64,000 nucleotides of DNA, taken from NCBI RefSeq assembly GCF_009914755.1, contig NC_060925.1; one strand, given 5' to 3'. Below are positions 52,460 to 64,000 of this stretch, piece after piece; the stretch's first letter is position 1; each line of letters begins with the position of its first letter. The notes under the pieces were generated by a model. It was not told the DNA's origin. It did no database searches and worked only from the letters and a program-made list of their open reading frames with translations. The position numbers were made by a program, and so were the translations under genes. The stretch comes from the human T2T-CHM13v2.0 reference genome, Homo sapiens.

Positions 52460-52790
52460 CAATGTATATAATACTCTTGAAATGACAAAATTACAGAAAT
52501 GGAGACACATTCGTGATTGCCAGGTGTTAGAGATGGTGGGGAGAGGGAGGGAGGCGGAGGGTGCGACCACAAAGGGAGAGCTTTGTAGTGATGGATAGCT
52601 CTGTCTCTTCATTGTTGTGGTGGTTACACAAAGCTATCCATGTGATAAAATGGCACAGAACTACACGCACACAATCTACTAATGCCAGTTTCCTGGTTTT
52701 GGTATCGTATTACAGTTACAAAAGATGAGACCACTCTGTGGTATCTTTGCAACTTCCTGTGAATCCAAAAAATTTAAAGTTTTAAAAAAG
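52460..52790 (+). mobile_element. L1MC-type 3' end fragment
   Basis: cttgaaatgacaaaattacagaaatggaga...gtgataaaatggcacagaactacac...gcaacttcctgtgaatc. Confidence 0.7.
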
Positions 52791-54464
52791 TCAAATGAAG
52801 GGGGGGATATACTACAGGCAGATGGGAAATCAGAAAGAACACCAGACATGAGAAAAGCTGATTAAAGGACAAACAGATCAACCTCAAATTACACTGTACA
52901 CAGCTGAACCAGTAACTGAAGAAAGAGGGCCACAGCTTATTAGCAATGAGATTCAAGAAATTAACTCCAAGTGACATATTTATTTTTTCCTTATGTTTAC
53001 TAAGGATTTCTGCTGTGGATTCATCATCTTGGAGACATCTTTATACTGTGAATCATATTACAAAAACCGAATTAAGAAGTGTCACTATCATCCCCAGCAA
53101 AAGAAGGAATTTCTCTGTGTAGCTAATGTAAATAATATGTTTTTCAAAACAACTTAAGTTCAGCCTACATTATTCTACAAATCTTTGTTTTAGAATATGA
53201 AAAAAATAGTTCCAGAAGCCAAATTACAACAATAATGGTAAGTTGTTGTTTTTATTCCTGAAGTATTAAAAAAACAGAAAGTCATTGTATATGAAATCTG
53301 ATACAAAAAAACCCCAGTGTAACAAAGCAGTATCCATAGCAACTACAACTTAATATTTCAGTCCTCTTCAACTGCAGTGGATTAAATAAAATGACAAGAT
53401 GTTCCCTTTGAAAAGTAACCTGTTACCATGGAAACGTTTTATTCTAAGAAGTAAACAGGGAATGGACAGAAAGGAGCAGGGAGCCTGTAAATGAATATCA
53501 AAAAGGGAGAAGCATCTTTGCAGAGGAGATGGAGGTGGCGATGGCAGGCAAAGGGAGGGTCTGTGAGAAGAGCATGCCTGCTAGATGCAGGATCCCAGCC
53601 CAACCCAGAGGCTTGGCCCAGAACATGATGCGGCCACTTCTTCACCCTGAAGAAAGGGGAAGGGGCAGGAAGGCAATGTTCTGTGAACATTCACCAAAGA
53701 CGCCCAAAGATCTCTATGTGATCACGGTGACTGCTTAAGATAGGCACTTGATTCTACAAGGGAAGATGAGGGAGGAGGATAGAGATATGGGAAGAACACA
53801 TGAACAGAAGGCACCACCATGAAGCAACTAAGGGCAAGAGCTGACCCCCTCATTCAGCCCCTCCCCAAGCCTTGGGTCCTAACAGTCGTGTAGCCTGTGG
53901 CCCATTCCCAAGGTGCTGGGACAGAAAAGGCTCAAGTCAGACCCTTGTTCTGTGGCTGGCGTCATGTATGAATGAGATCACTGAGAAATCTCTCTCCCTG
54001 TCCTTCAGATGGTAAATATCACACAGCAGACATTCTTATCTTTTCCACAGGGTATTAAGTTGAGCAGGAAGACTGACATGGCATCAACAGAATGAAGATC
54101 TTAGAAACGCTACTTAGTACACATTTAGAAAATGACCACAGAAGAAGTCTGTGGGTCCAGAACAAAATACACTACATTTTAAGAAAACCAAAAGGCAATT
54201 TATCAGAATCACTTTTTTAGATGGATTGTGAGGTAGGAGTGAAAGCGAGGATTAAGAAGGAAGACTAGTGCAATATGCTGGGTTTCTCAATTTTCCCCAG
54301 CATGAACACATACTTCAAAGCTGCCCTGAACAAGTCTGAAATTTCTTTTTAAAATCTAACATAGTATCTTAAAAAGCCATGCGAATGTTGTATTCTATCC
54401 CATCATATATTCCCATTCATTTTTAGAGAAAAATTTCCATAAATCTGAATAAAATCATTGTGCT

Positions 54465-54557
54465 GGCCGACTCTGGGCACACTTTCTGTGGGTTAGCCCT
54501 GCTCCTTAAGAAACAGCAATAAATAAATAAACAAATAAACAAACAAACATTAAAAGA
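54465..54557 (+). mobile_element. Short retroposed sequence (53-nt body plus A-rich tail) of unassigned origin
   Basis: ggccgactctgggcacactttctgtgggttagccctgctccttaagaaacagc followed by an (AAAT/AAAC)n tail. Flanked by aaaatcattgtgct (54451-54464) and aacatcattgtact (54558-54571), 12/14 identical. Confidence 0.65.
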
Positions 54558-56340
54558 AACATCATTGTACTTCCTATTAGGATCTCCCATGACACTGTCA
54601 CACCCACACCTGAGTCTAGATGTTCAAAAGCAGGGAAAGAGCATGGTCTTCAGAATTAAATGAACCTGAATTAAAATTTTAGTATCAGGCCAGGCATGGT
54701 GGCTGGCTCATGTGTGTAATCCCAGCACTTTGGGTGGCCAAGGTGGGTGGGTCCCTTGTGCCCAGGAGTTCAGGACCAGCCTAGGCAACATAGCAAGACC
54801 TAGTCTCTGCAAACAAACAAACAAACAAAAAACCCAACCAACCAACCAAACAACAAAAACAACAAAAATTAAAAATTAGCCAGGCATGGTAAAATGCACC
54901 TGCAGTCCCAGCTAGTTGGGAGGCTGACACAAGAGGATCACTTGAGCCCAGGAGTTTTGAGGTTGCAGTGAGCTATGATCACGCCACTGCACTCCAGCCT
55001 GGGCAACAGAGCAAGACCCTGTCGCTAATAAAATTTTAAAAATAAGTTTCAGTACCCAGGTTTTGTTTGCTCTGTGATTTTGAGGACACAATTAAATCTA
55101 ATTCCTTAGTTTCCTCATCTATGATATGAAGTTGATAATGTTATTATGCAAGGTTGCTATAAAAATAAAAGATGATTTATGGAAAGAACTAGACATAGTA
55201 CCTATTGCTTAGGGGTCATTAATATTATTAAACTCTATATACTGGCAATAAGTGAGAATGGAAGCTAATCCTGCTATTATGAGTTCCCGAAGTACCACTT
55301 ACCTCTCCTTCCACCCATATCACAGTCAGGATTTTATATTTATTTTTTGTAGTTATTTCTTTGAATGGCTGTCTTGCCCTCTAGACTGGAAGTACATGCG
55401 GGTAAGAACTAAAACTGGTTTTGGTCACCATAATGCAGAACTCACTGGCTCTTACTAGATACATTTTTAATAAATAAATGACTCCAATATTCTAACTCAA
55501 CTACTGCTTAGCCACAGACAGCAAGCAAGGGCTCTGCTGCAAAGCTTAGCTAGTGAAGTCCCCGTGACAGAAAGCCAGCCCTCCAAGCAAAATTAACTTA
55601 AACGTAGGTTTGATTAAACTGCCTAACAGGAACAAAATTCATTATTCAATCAAAAATAAAACTAAAAACAAATACAAATGAAAAAACAAAGAGATTTAGT
55701 CAACTTAAAGTTACCACTTCCATATTCACACACAAATAAATACAAAGGCCAACACAAGAACTTGTCCAAAATCCAAAATCATAAAATTCTAAATTTTCTC
55801 TGTGGAAAGTTCCTGAGAGGCCATTGATCCAATCTTCTAGCTTAATAGAAGAAATCAAGGCCTGAGGAAAGAAAAGTGCTCTTTTAAGGGGTCACACTGA
55901 GTTAATTACTGAAGAAGACTCCAGGCCACACCGGCAGCTCTCCCACAGGGTCCTCCTAAATATAATTCAGGGTCCAGAACTAGAAATTTGGCATTGCCTG
56001 AAGAATAATAAGAATTTCCATGCTGGTAAGATGCAGTAAATATGGCCTCCACACACAATAATGTATGAGTAATGTCAGGAAAAAAACTGGTCAAAAAAAT
56101 TTAACAGGTGAGAAAGATCCAGTTTCAAAGTGCTATAGTGACTTTGCTCCGTTGTCTAAATTTCTTATCTGCCTTCTCTCTCTTCTCCATTATGTGGTAA
56201 CCTACCGTGTATCTGGCAACGTCATAAAACAACATTCCACCACAGGCTCCTAGGGAACTTTACTGTAATGGCCTGTGGCAAAGTTTAGGGGCTGCGGCCT
56301 AACAAAGCTGCCTGCACACACATGGAGATTCAGCCAAAAA

Positions 56341-56372
<32 letters not shown>

Positions 56373-58363
56373 CCACTATGACCGAAACCCACTTACAAAG
56401 CAGCAGTCACTGTAGATTAAGCTGCTCTCCTGACCCAAGATGGTGCTAGCTTTCTGCATATTGAAATCAAACTGTATAACAAAGCTGAATGAAGCACCCC
56501 CAGAAAAAAAAAGGGACTTTGGACCAAGCAAGCATGTCTACAACACGTCTAAAGGTTTCTTTGTCCCCTCAGGGAAATGTTATAAAAAAACATGACAATT
56601 GCCTTATTCCTCCTCGCTGCAGTGGTATGAATATAGAAGGAAGAGAACACAAACAGGCAATAACTAACACACACACATGCACCTAGTGTGTGTAAGTGAG
56701 AAAGTGGCAGGAAATGTTTAATGCTGAACACACCCAATATTATAAATTATGGAAGTAGAGCTTATTTTTTTCAAAAAAAAAAAAAAAAAAAAAGAACAAG
56801 ATGTATAAAGAAAAACATAAACACTCAAAGAGAGTAAGAAGAAAGTGGATCAGTAAATAGTTATTAAACATACTGGTGGTTAATAATTAGTGTAATTCCT
56901 AAAACAATCCCTAGCATTGTCTTAGTTGAACAGGCTATTAAAAATAAAAAGATGTTGGCCAGGCACAGTGGCTCATGCCTATAATCCTACTATTTTGGGA
57001 GGCCAAGACAGGAAGATAGTTTGAGGCCAGGAGTTCGAGACCAACCCAGGCAACAAAGTGAGACCTGCATGCCTATTTTTTTTAATTAAAAATTTAAAAA
57101 TATATGTTGTTGTTGAGATAATCATATCTACATGAGCTTGAGACTGTACATTTGACCTGCGAATTAATAACAATAATGTACTAAGCAACTATGTGCCAAG
57201 CACTTCCAAGTTGTTTTCATCTAATCTTTACAAAAACTGTAAGAAATATTTATTTCCAGATTACCCATGAGAAAAATGAAGCTCAGAGGAGGGAAGGAAC
57301 CTGTCGAATGTCACCGCTTGCCCAATTGTCACTTATTAGGTGGAATCTGAACCACACTACCTGGCTCCAAATCTAGCCTTTCCTCTTACCACAGATGATG
57401 CATTCATTTATTCAACATATTCATACCAAAGACCCATTTGCCAGGTACTCTACTAGAAATGGAGACCGTAAGAATAGACTTGGCCCCTGCCCCAAAAGCT
57501 TGATGTCCAATAGGGAAAAAAATCAAATAATCACAAATAAATGTGTAGCTCAAAGAAGTTTGATAGAAATAATCTCTAATTTTCCCAGTTGAATTAAGTG
57601 TTTTACCTTAGACTCAAAGTATCATAGAGTATACAATATGAGATCAGTTATCTTTCAGAATTGTTTTAAAAGTACATTCAAGCATGAGTCTCATTAGACC
57701 AAAAAGAAAAATAAATCAGACTCATGCTTTATCACCCACAGTTGCAGGAATACAGGCATGCCCCTATCAGAAACTGCTCAGAAGAGATGATAACTAATTA
57801 TCTGTGCTTATTTAGGAGAAGATTTGTGAATGTACACACCATCTAAAATATTCCTTTAGCTATTATTTTCTACCTTCTCTCTCATCCTGTCAGACATTTA
57901 TGTTACAGTCTTAGAATACACGGTTTTCTGGTGGAAGACAACTCGGTTGAGTAACAAACAAAAAGTACCTGGCAAATGCGTCTTTGGTATGAATATGTTG
58001 AATAAATGAATACACAAAGTAAAATGGAAAAGAAAACAAATTCAGAAGGAAAAGAATCAGGAAAAAAGAACAACTAGAGAATCACAGACATCTGGTCTTA
58101 GATATATTAGAGTCTTCTAATTCATAAATTAACACAGTAGCCACGAGTCAAGGAAGAAGTGAAAAGAAGATTAAGAATGAAGTGTCAGCCGGGCAGGGCG
58201 GCTCACACCTATAATCCCAGCACTTTGGGAGGCTGAGGCAGGCAGATCACCCAAGGTCAGGAGTTTGAGACCAGCCTGGCCAATATGGTGAAACCCCGTC
58301 TCTACTAAAAAATACAAAAATTAGCCAGGCATGGTGGCAGATGCTTGCAATCCTAGCTACTCA

Positions 58364-58468
<105 letters not shown>

Positions 58469-61365
58469 TCAAAAAAAAAAAAAGAATGAAGTGTCAGGCC
58501 AGGCACGCTGGCCTGTAATCCTGGCACTTTGGGAGGCCAAGGCAGCATGGATTGCTTGAGGCCAGAAGTTTAAGACCAACCTGGGCAACAAGGTGAAATC
58601 CCTTCTCTACAGAAAATACAAAAAATTAGCCAGGTGTGGTGGCGCCCACCTGTAGTCCCAGCTATGTGGGAGGCTGAGGCAGGAGAATCACCTTAGCCTA
58701 GGGAGGTCCCCAGGGAGGTCAAGGCTGCAGTGAGCTGAGATCACACCACTGCACTCCATCCAGCCTGGGTGACAGCGTGAGAACCTATCTCAAAAAGAAA
58801 AAGAAAAAAAAGTGACATGTCAATTAAACACAATCAAGTTCATTCTAGCTTTCAACCAAAGACAGACTGCAAAACTTATGTTGACAGAGGAACGCTTTAA
58901 ATGTGAGGCTCCCTCAGATTCGAATTCGAGATTCTATTACAATGATAAGAACAACTAATAAGATATTAACTTTGTGAACTTCTCTATTTTTTGAAACATC
59001 TACTTGCTACATTCCCAACATTTCCTGATATTCTCAAGTGCAACAGAAGCAGAACCATAAGCCAAAATGAAACAAACTAGCATCTTTTCCATGTTCAAGC
59101 TACACAGACCAAAGACTTCATCAACCACCAGAGTAACTTCCCATGTGCTGTTCCCTCACCTCCTCCACCAGACAAGCACAGAAGCCCTGAAGCAAGCCTT
59201 TAGCATTCCAAAAAATATTTTTCCCAGACAGGATAATATAGAAGAAATACATACCACACAAGAAGTAACTCTAATGAGTTACTTTATTGGATTTGAAACA
59301 TAGACAAATTCGACTCTTAACAACAGAATATCCACAGATCACAGTCAGCAACCACAAGTCTTCACCATCAAATAGATGGCGGCATCCAAGCTCCATAAAT
59401 ACAGATTTGTACTAGGCCCACACAGGCCAGCCACACCAGTGGCAGGAACCTGATCCAGAGCTGATTCGGCTGTGAGCACAGCTTCCTGTTCACATTTTTA
59501 TTTGTTAACTGTAAAGAAAGTTTCAGAAGAGGTAAAGATCTAGAACAGAAAGGCAATATTCTCCTGACTCAAACAATGAGTTTGTTCCTTGAGCATGAAA
59601 TGTGAGTCCTGCCCAGATCCCACAAGTGCATGACAGAAAGTGGTGCAGTGTCCAGTTCCTCTCGTCTATTGAAGGGATACTTTTATTAAAAGAAGCAGGA
59701 AGGAAGAGCAATGGTGCTTTTAAACAGAGTAAAATAAGGCGAGTTCCAGAAGCAACATTATATGGTATGGGGTACCTCCCCAAAACTCCCCAGTGCAATG
59801 CCCAAATAAATATGGTCACAATGGGAAGAAAGCCCTCACATGGGTAAAAAAATTGATCACAAAAATAATAAACGCACACCCTAAATTATCCTTCTACAAT
59901 TCATCTCCTTAGTTGCAATCCCAAAATTGAATCTGTAAGAATACAGATTATACTTCAGTAATATTTTCAGTGACTAGAATTCACCAACATTAGCCTTCCT
60001 AAAAACTTTCCACTAAAATCAAGGGCCTCCCTGGAAAGAGTTGACCATGCAACACTCCAAATTCACACTACACCACTAAGAGCTTACACAAGGAATTTCT
60101 CCTTGTATCAATGCATAGTAAATTTCTTCTCCTTCCTATGAGGGTTTTTCAGTTGCACATTCTTCTATATTGTATGCTTTCTTCCATCCTCACAAATGCA
60201 CAAAATTTAGGTGGCATTCAAATTTTTTCTAACCTTTATCAGAAGAAAAAGGAGTGGAAACAAAAAGGAGCAAACAGTATAATTCAAAAACTTCATTTAA
60301 TATCTACTTGGGTAAGAATTCAATTTGTCCTAAATCTTATTCTGACTGGCTCCCTAAATAAACCACAGTGAAAGCCATCTGTCTGAACCTGCTCTGCAAC
60401 AGGACACCCCAAAAGCACAACTTCCCCTGGGTAGAAGAAACTAGTGTCTGGCTATCAAGCAGTGGGTACGAAATGAGGCCTTGTCAATGACTGCCTTCTC
60501 AGCACCAACTACTCTTTTTACTCCATTTAAGAGAATAGAATTCCAAGTCACATGACAACATACACATATGCAAAAAATGCTATCCGATTCTAAAACAGAT
60601 ACAAAAATAAACAAAATACCTAAACTTCAATTTCTAACACAAAAGTCAATGCATACTTTTTTTAATTGCCAAAGAATTTTCCATAAGCTCTAAAAGGAAG
60701 ATGAGTCTGCTTCCTTTTGAAGGCAAGAGACTAAGTAAAAACTGATGTGACATAACCTTTCATTTTTAAAAAAATCAATTTTAAGGTGTTATTGTTGCAA
60801 TCATAATTCACAACTGTTCCCTGAATATGTCAGACTTCAGAAAAAGATCACAAAAATTATAATTTGCTCTGGCAAACAGGCTCTCAATCAAAACAAGGTT
60901 CCACCCACCTTCAAAGCAACCAATAGAAGCCCACCTACCATCCTTCCTAAAACATCCAAACAGAGCTGCTCTGCGGCCCAGGCATTCCATACTAGCCACA
61001 AGGCAAGGGGGCGGCCTGCAGGCTTGCTCTGCAGGTCTTGAAGGCAAACAAGCTTGGCAACACACACCCAGCACGACTGAGGTTAAGATTATACTACGAG
61101 CCGAAGAGGTAAGGGGAAGAGGACAGGGACAGAGGGACCCGCAAAGCTTCACATTCTATATCTGCTGAATGCCTCTCCGGTAGTCCCCATTCTTAGTTCT
61201 GATTTTACGCTTCACAATACCACCTACATGGCCAGCTAGGGCTGAATTAAAGGCTCTCAGGAACATGCACTATGAATGATGAAATGATTCATAAACACCT
61301 TCAGAAGTGAGAAAGAGCAGCAAAACCCATCACTGTTTCGGTGAGGCCAGGGGAAGATAGCCTAC

Positions 61366-61391
61366 CTGCAGGGGCTGAATGGATCATCCAT
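61366..61391 (-). CDS. RERE: Coding part of a putative alternative first exon of RERE: MDDPFSPC plus AG, in frame with the 49-nt exon
   Basis: Minus strand gtcATGGATGATCCATTCAGCCCCTGCAG|gtaggc: strong Kozak (G-3, G+4), strong donor, and phase 2 matching the acceptor at 44250. Agrees with my recollection of a shorter RERE isoform starting MDDPFSPCRRLNSTQG. Confidence 0.72.
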
Positions 61392-61900
61392 GACTAACAC
61401 GGGCTCTGGTGAGTCTAGCTGGATTCCTGAACCTTTACTTTCTGCTAAAACTCTGCCCTTTTCTACACTAACAACTCAAAATGGAGGCACATGCAGTCTC
61501 AGAGACCTCATAGAGCTTTCACTGAGCTTGTGCTATGACCTAAGCCTTCACGCAGAACGCAGAAACTTCCCCTCACTCTGACAGGACTGAGCATGTGCTG
61601 TGACCCTCCCTCATCCACACACTGTCTCTCCACGACGCAATCAATCTCAACCCTGCTGTTTCCGTAAATAAAGCCCAGCCAACAGACTCTGCAGCTTCTC
61701 CCTGCACACCAAGCTAGTGTGCAGGGAAGTGGGGCCTTAGAAAGGGGATCCAAGACAGCCAACAGCAGGGAACTGAGCAAGCCCAGCCATGGAGAGGCTT
61801 CAGTTAAATGCCCTGCTCTGTCAGGAACTCAGCAAGCCAAGCCACGGAGGAGCGTCAGTTAAATGCTCTCTGCTCTGTCAACACAACAGCAAGTTTTGTC
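61392..61900 (-). promoter_or_regulatory. Putative 5' UTR and internal promoter region of the alternative first exon
   Basis: Unique sequence in an Alu-free stretch immediately upstream of the candidate ATG. Forkhead-type GTAAATA at 61664-61670 and a ~55-bp tandem duplication at 61769-61880. The TSS cannot be fixed from sequence. Confidence 0.4.
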
Positions 61901-63699
61901 TTTTTTTTTTTTTTTTAAGGTAAATGGTGATTTTAAAAAGCAAGATCACCAAGAAATAGAATCAAAAGACAGATATGAATGACTACACACAAGATCAACT
62001 AATAGAAATACTGCAACACATTTAAAAACATAGTAGTAGCTACTTAAGAGAAGCAACTTCACAAATTTCTTTTTGAAACTCTAAACATTTTGAAAAAGAC
62101 CAAACAATCAGGGTAAAGTTATGGAGTGCTTGGCCTTGTCACACAGGTACAGACACAGTGTAGATGGTATTGTGAGCAGGGTAGCTAAAGAAAACTGTAT
62201 TTTCTGCAAACAGCTTAATCTTCCTTAGATAAGAAACTAAAAATAATAAATAAAACATTCCCCAAATAATAAATTAAAACATTTCCTAAAGTAATACTAG
62301 CCCAATCAAGTCTAGCTTGAAGAATCTAATTCTAACAATTAGAAAGACAGGAAGGTTCAAGATTCAACATCGTGCCACAAACACATGAACATCCAAAAAT
62401 CTCATTTGAGGTCCTGATTCAAAATACTAAGGCAGATCCATATAAGAAATCCTAGCTTTGGATGTGCAGGCTTAGTTTCCACTTACAAACTAAGAGGTGA
62501 TTCTATAGATTATTAATCAGTTACAAAAAGAAAAAGAAATGGAAGACCATGAACCTCGCCAAAATTATAAAGGACAAGATAGGGCAGGAAAGGGCAGTGC
62601 CAATTCTGTTTCCCAGAAATGTAATGGAATGTCAGGAAATTAAAGCCTGTTGAAAAGAACACACAGTGTCCTCAAGATTCCTACAGTGAATGCAGAATCA
62701 ATTCCATTTCCATAGCACTCCCGTTTATGCTATGAAATAAACTAAATTCTGAAACTATGATTCAATAAACTCTTATCCTGCCGATAATGTAATTTAGAAA
62801 ATACAAGAAATGCCAAGTACACTTAAATACGTTTTCCTTTGACCTAACACATGAAACAAGTATCTACAGGCTGGAAGAACATTTTCCCTTATTGGTATGT
62901 GAGACAACATATTCCCAAAACTGCTGTTACTACCAACAGTCTAGAGAAAAATACTTTCTAAACACAAAAGCAATGGAATTAGAACCTAGCAGCCAAATAA
63001 TATGAATATGAGCAGCAAAGAATTTCCTCCCAAAAGTGTATATATTAAAAAAAAACAAACTATCTAACCCTTTCATATGGAAAATGTTTACTTGAAGAAA
63101 TCAACACAAAATAATATGTAATAAATTCATCAGTCTCTGAAAGCCCATGAAACTGTTACATAGAGCACACTATAAAAACGGTTACTGTAACAGCAAGTTA
63201 AGAAATGTGGATTCTAATTTTGGTCTCATTAGATGCCCTGAGTTACCAAAATCCAATGGCCTTCCCCTGTGATAATGGATTCCAATGGTGGCGCCAGCCT
63301 TTGTGGATATCCTCTTCATTGTCTTTCCTGGTGCTGGCATCTCACAGTTGGCTTCACATGCCATGCCACCAAGACAGACAGCCCTTTCTCTTGTTACCCC
63401 TCAGGGGCAGCGTACCCCAGCGGCCACACCCCAGATCTCCTCTCCTTCACACTCTCTCCCGTGGAAAAGTCACCCACACTACCACCATGCCAGCCAGCTC
63501 CACTCTGAAGACACTTCCTTCCTGGCAGCAGCTCAGAAATGCAGGAGCCCCCGGAATCCTCTCACTGTACCTCTCTGGGGAACTGCACCTCTCTTATTAG
63601 ATTCTAAGTCCTTCAGGGACAAGGACACTACCTAAATCATCTTTATTGGAACCACCCAACTCTCCTATTTTGTACCTCAAAGAACTCTATCTGAAGCAG

Positions 63700-64000
63700 T
63701 GGAAAGGGCACAGTATCACTCATATAGTATGGCTGGCCAAAATTACATAACCTAGATCTAATCGTGGGGAAACGTCAGACAAACTCAAACTGAAGAACAC
63801 TTGACAAAACTGGCTTCTAACTCTTCAAAAAGGTCGATGTCATAAAAAATCTTTAAAAAAGGTGAGGAAACATGTTGTGAAAACAAAGAGAGACAAGGGA
63901 TATTAAAGAGACACAACAATTAAATGAGGCTTATGATCATGGGGAAAATTACTATGAAGGCCGTTGTTGAAAAAACTGGCAAAATCTGAATATGAACTAT
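63700..64000 (+). mobile_element. L1MC-type 3' fragment running off the window end
   Basis: cataacctagatctaatc..gga.aacgtcagacaaactcaaactga...aactggcaaaatctgaatatg. Confidence 0.6.

Noticed and set aside
61508-61780. Alternative start MLSPVRVR (ATG near 61594) as an RERE N-terminus
   Set aside because: The nearby gtgagg donor-like site gives phase 0, incompatible with the phase-2 acceptor at 44250. The ATG at 61391 fits; this one could at most be a uORF.

Overview
Human genomic DNA: it carries an AluYb8 and an SVA_E-like element, both human-specific families. The window lies inside the RERE (atrophin-2) gene, which runs on the minus strand. Four canonical coding exons (49, 125, 100 and 99 nt, all GT-AG and phase-compatible) encode the BAH/ELM2 junction, the ELM2 domain and the start of the SANT domain. 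The rest is intron: dozens of Alus, old L1M/L2/MIR/MLT1/Charlie1 relics and microsatellites. Almost all ORFs in the supplied track are repeat-derived noise. Features the ORF track misses: (1) a putative internal first exon at 61366-61391 (ATG in strong Kozak context, MDDPFSPC, CAG|GTAGG donor) that would splice in frame to the 49-nt exon and give a BAH-less RERE isoform; (2) an intronic C/D-box snoRNA (probably SNORD128) whose box D and guide appear to be built from an antisense MIR tail, bracketed with an exon by inverted Alus; (3) a 5'-truncated SVA with a very long VNTR, antisense to RERE; (4) a 1.5-kb retroposition cluster containing a SNORA77 retrocopy, a near-pristine AluYb8, and an FTL processed pseudogene with a mutated IRE inserted into Charlie1; (5) a 53-nt retroposed hairpin RNA with A-tail and TSD that I cannot assign. 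I see no evidence for a wholly new multi-gene system. Family and gene names come from remembered consensus sequences, not from database searches.
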